From Azolla caroliniana (lineage: Eukaryota > Plantae > Polypodiophyta): a stretch of 64,000 bases of DNA. The position numbers were made by a program, and so were the translations under genes. This document shows positions 63,701 to 64,000 of this stretch, one piece after another (the stretch's first letter is position 1; every line of letters begins with the position of its first letter). The notes below the pieces were generated by a model, which worked only from the letters and a program-made list of their open reading frames with translations, was not told the origin of the DNA and did not search any database. The stretch spans positions 7,998,001-8,062,000 of the forward strand of contig JBHGNT010000010.1 of the NCBI GenBank assembly GCA_043228905.1. Direction: 5' to 3'.

Positions 63701-64000
63701 CACCACTTGCCGTCTCTTCATCCGACCGGTCCAACCGACTCAATCGCTCGTTCGGTCCACTCAACCGACTCAGTCGCTCGTTCGGTTCACTCAACCGTAA
63801 CGATTCCAGACTCTCATCTTGAGTCCCGACTTCATCAGCCTCTGTCAGGGGTGATTCAGGCTCACTGGCCTGATCTTCCGGCATTGGGTCGGGATTGGAA
63901 GTCGGAGTCAGTACGGAGTACCAGGATGCCGATTCATCGAACTCGACATCCCGGCTAACTCGGACTTCCTTCGTCCGGGGGTTATAGCACTTATACCCCT
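60743..64000 (-). mobile_element. Element P: L-family Ale-like copia, 3' part (LTR 60743-61161, PPT 61162-61169); continues beyond the window
   Basis: LTR homologous to the L LTRs; RT ORF 62262..63884 (YVDD) and RNase H ORF 61477..62274. Confidence 0.94.
63732..63797. repeat. 30-bp tandem repeat (~2.2 copies) in the P integrase-RT linker
   Basis: Encodes PNERLSRLSG-PNERLSRL. Confidence 0.8.

Overview
Eukaryotic, almost certainly non-seed land-plant (moss/lycophyte/fern-like; inferred from the mix of TE lineages), heterochromatin made entirely of nested, mostly decayed LTR retrotransposons. I found no host gene, RNA gene or CRISPR array. About 19 elements or fragments can be delimited by LTR termini, PBS, PPT and TSDs. 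They comprise DUF4100/Phygy-like gypsy (A, C, Q; tRNA-Trp PBS), non-chromovirus gypsy with a 3' extra ORF (B, E; tRNA-Arg PBS), a Tcn1-like gypsy (T), Ale-like copia (D, L, N, R, P) and Tork/TAR-like copia (F, G, H, J, K, S, U). Nesting reaches six levels, and several deletion junctions join unrelated elements. Main finding: the two diverged B/E gypsy elements have no polypurine tract next to the 3' LTR. In its place is a hairpin followed by a copy of a tRNA-Arg 3' end (an inverted second PBS) 1-2 nt from the LTR. This suggests tRNA-primed plus-strand synthesis or a cis tRNA mimic. Lineage names and tRNA assignments come from recalled motifs and need database confirmation. Letters are my own labels.
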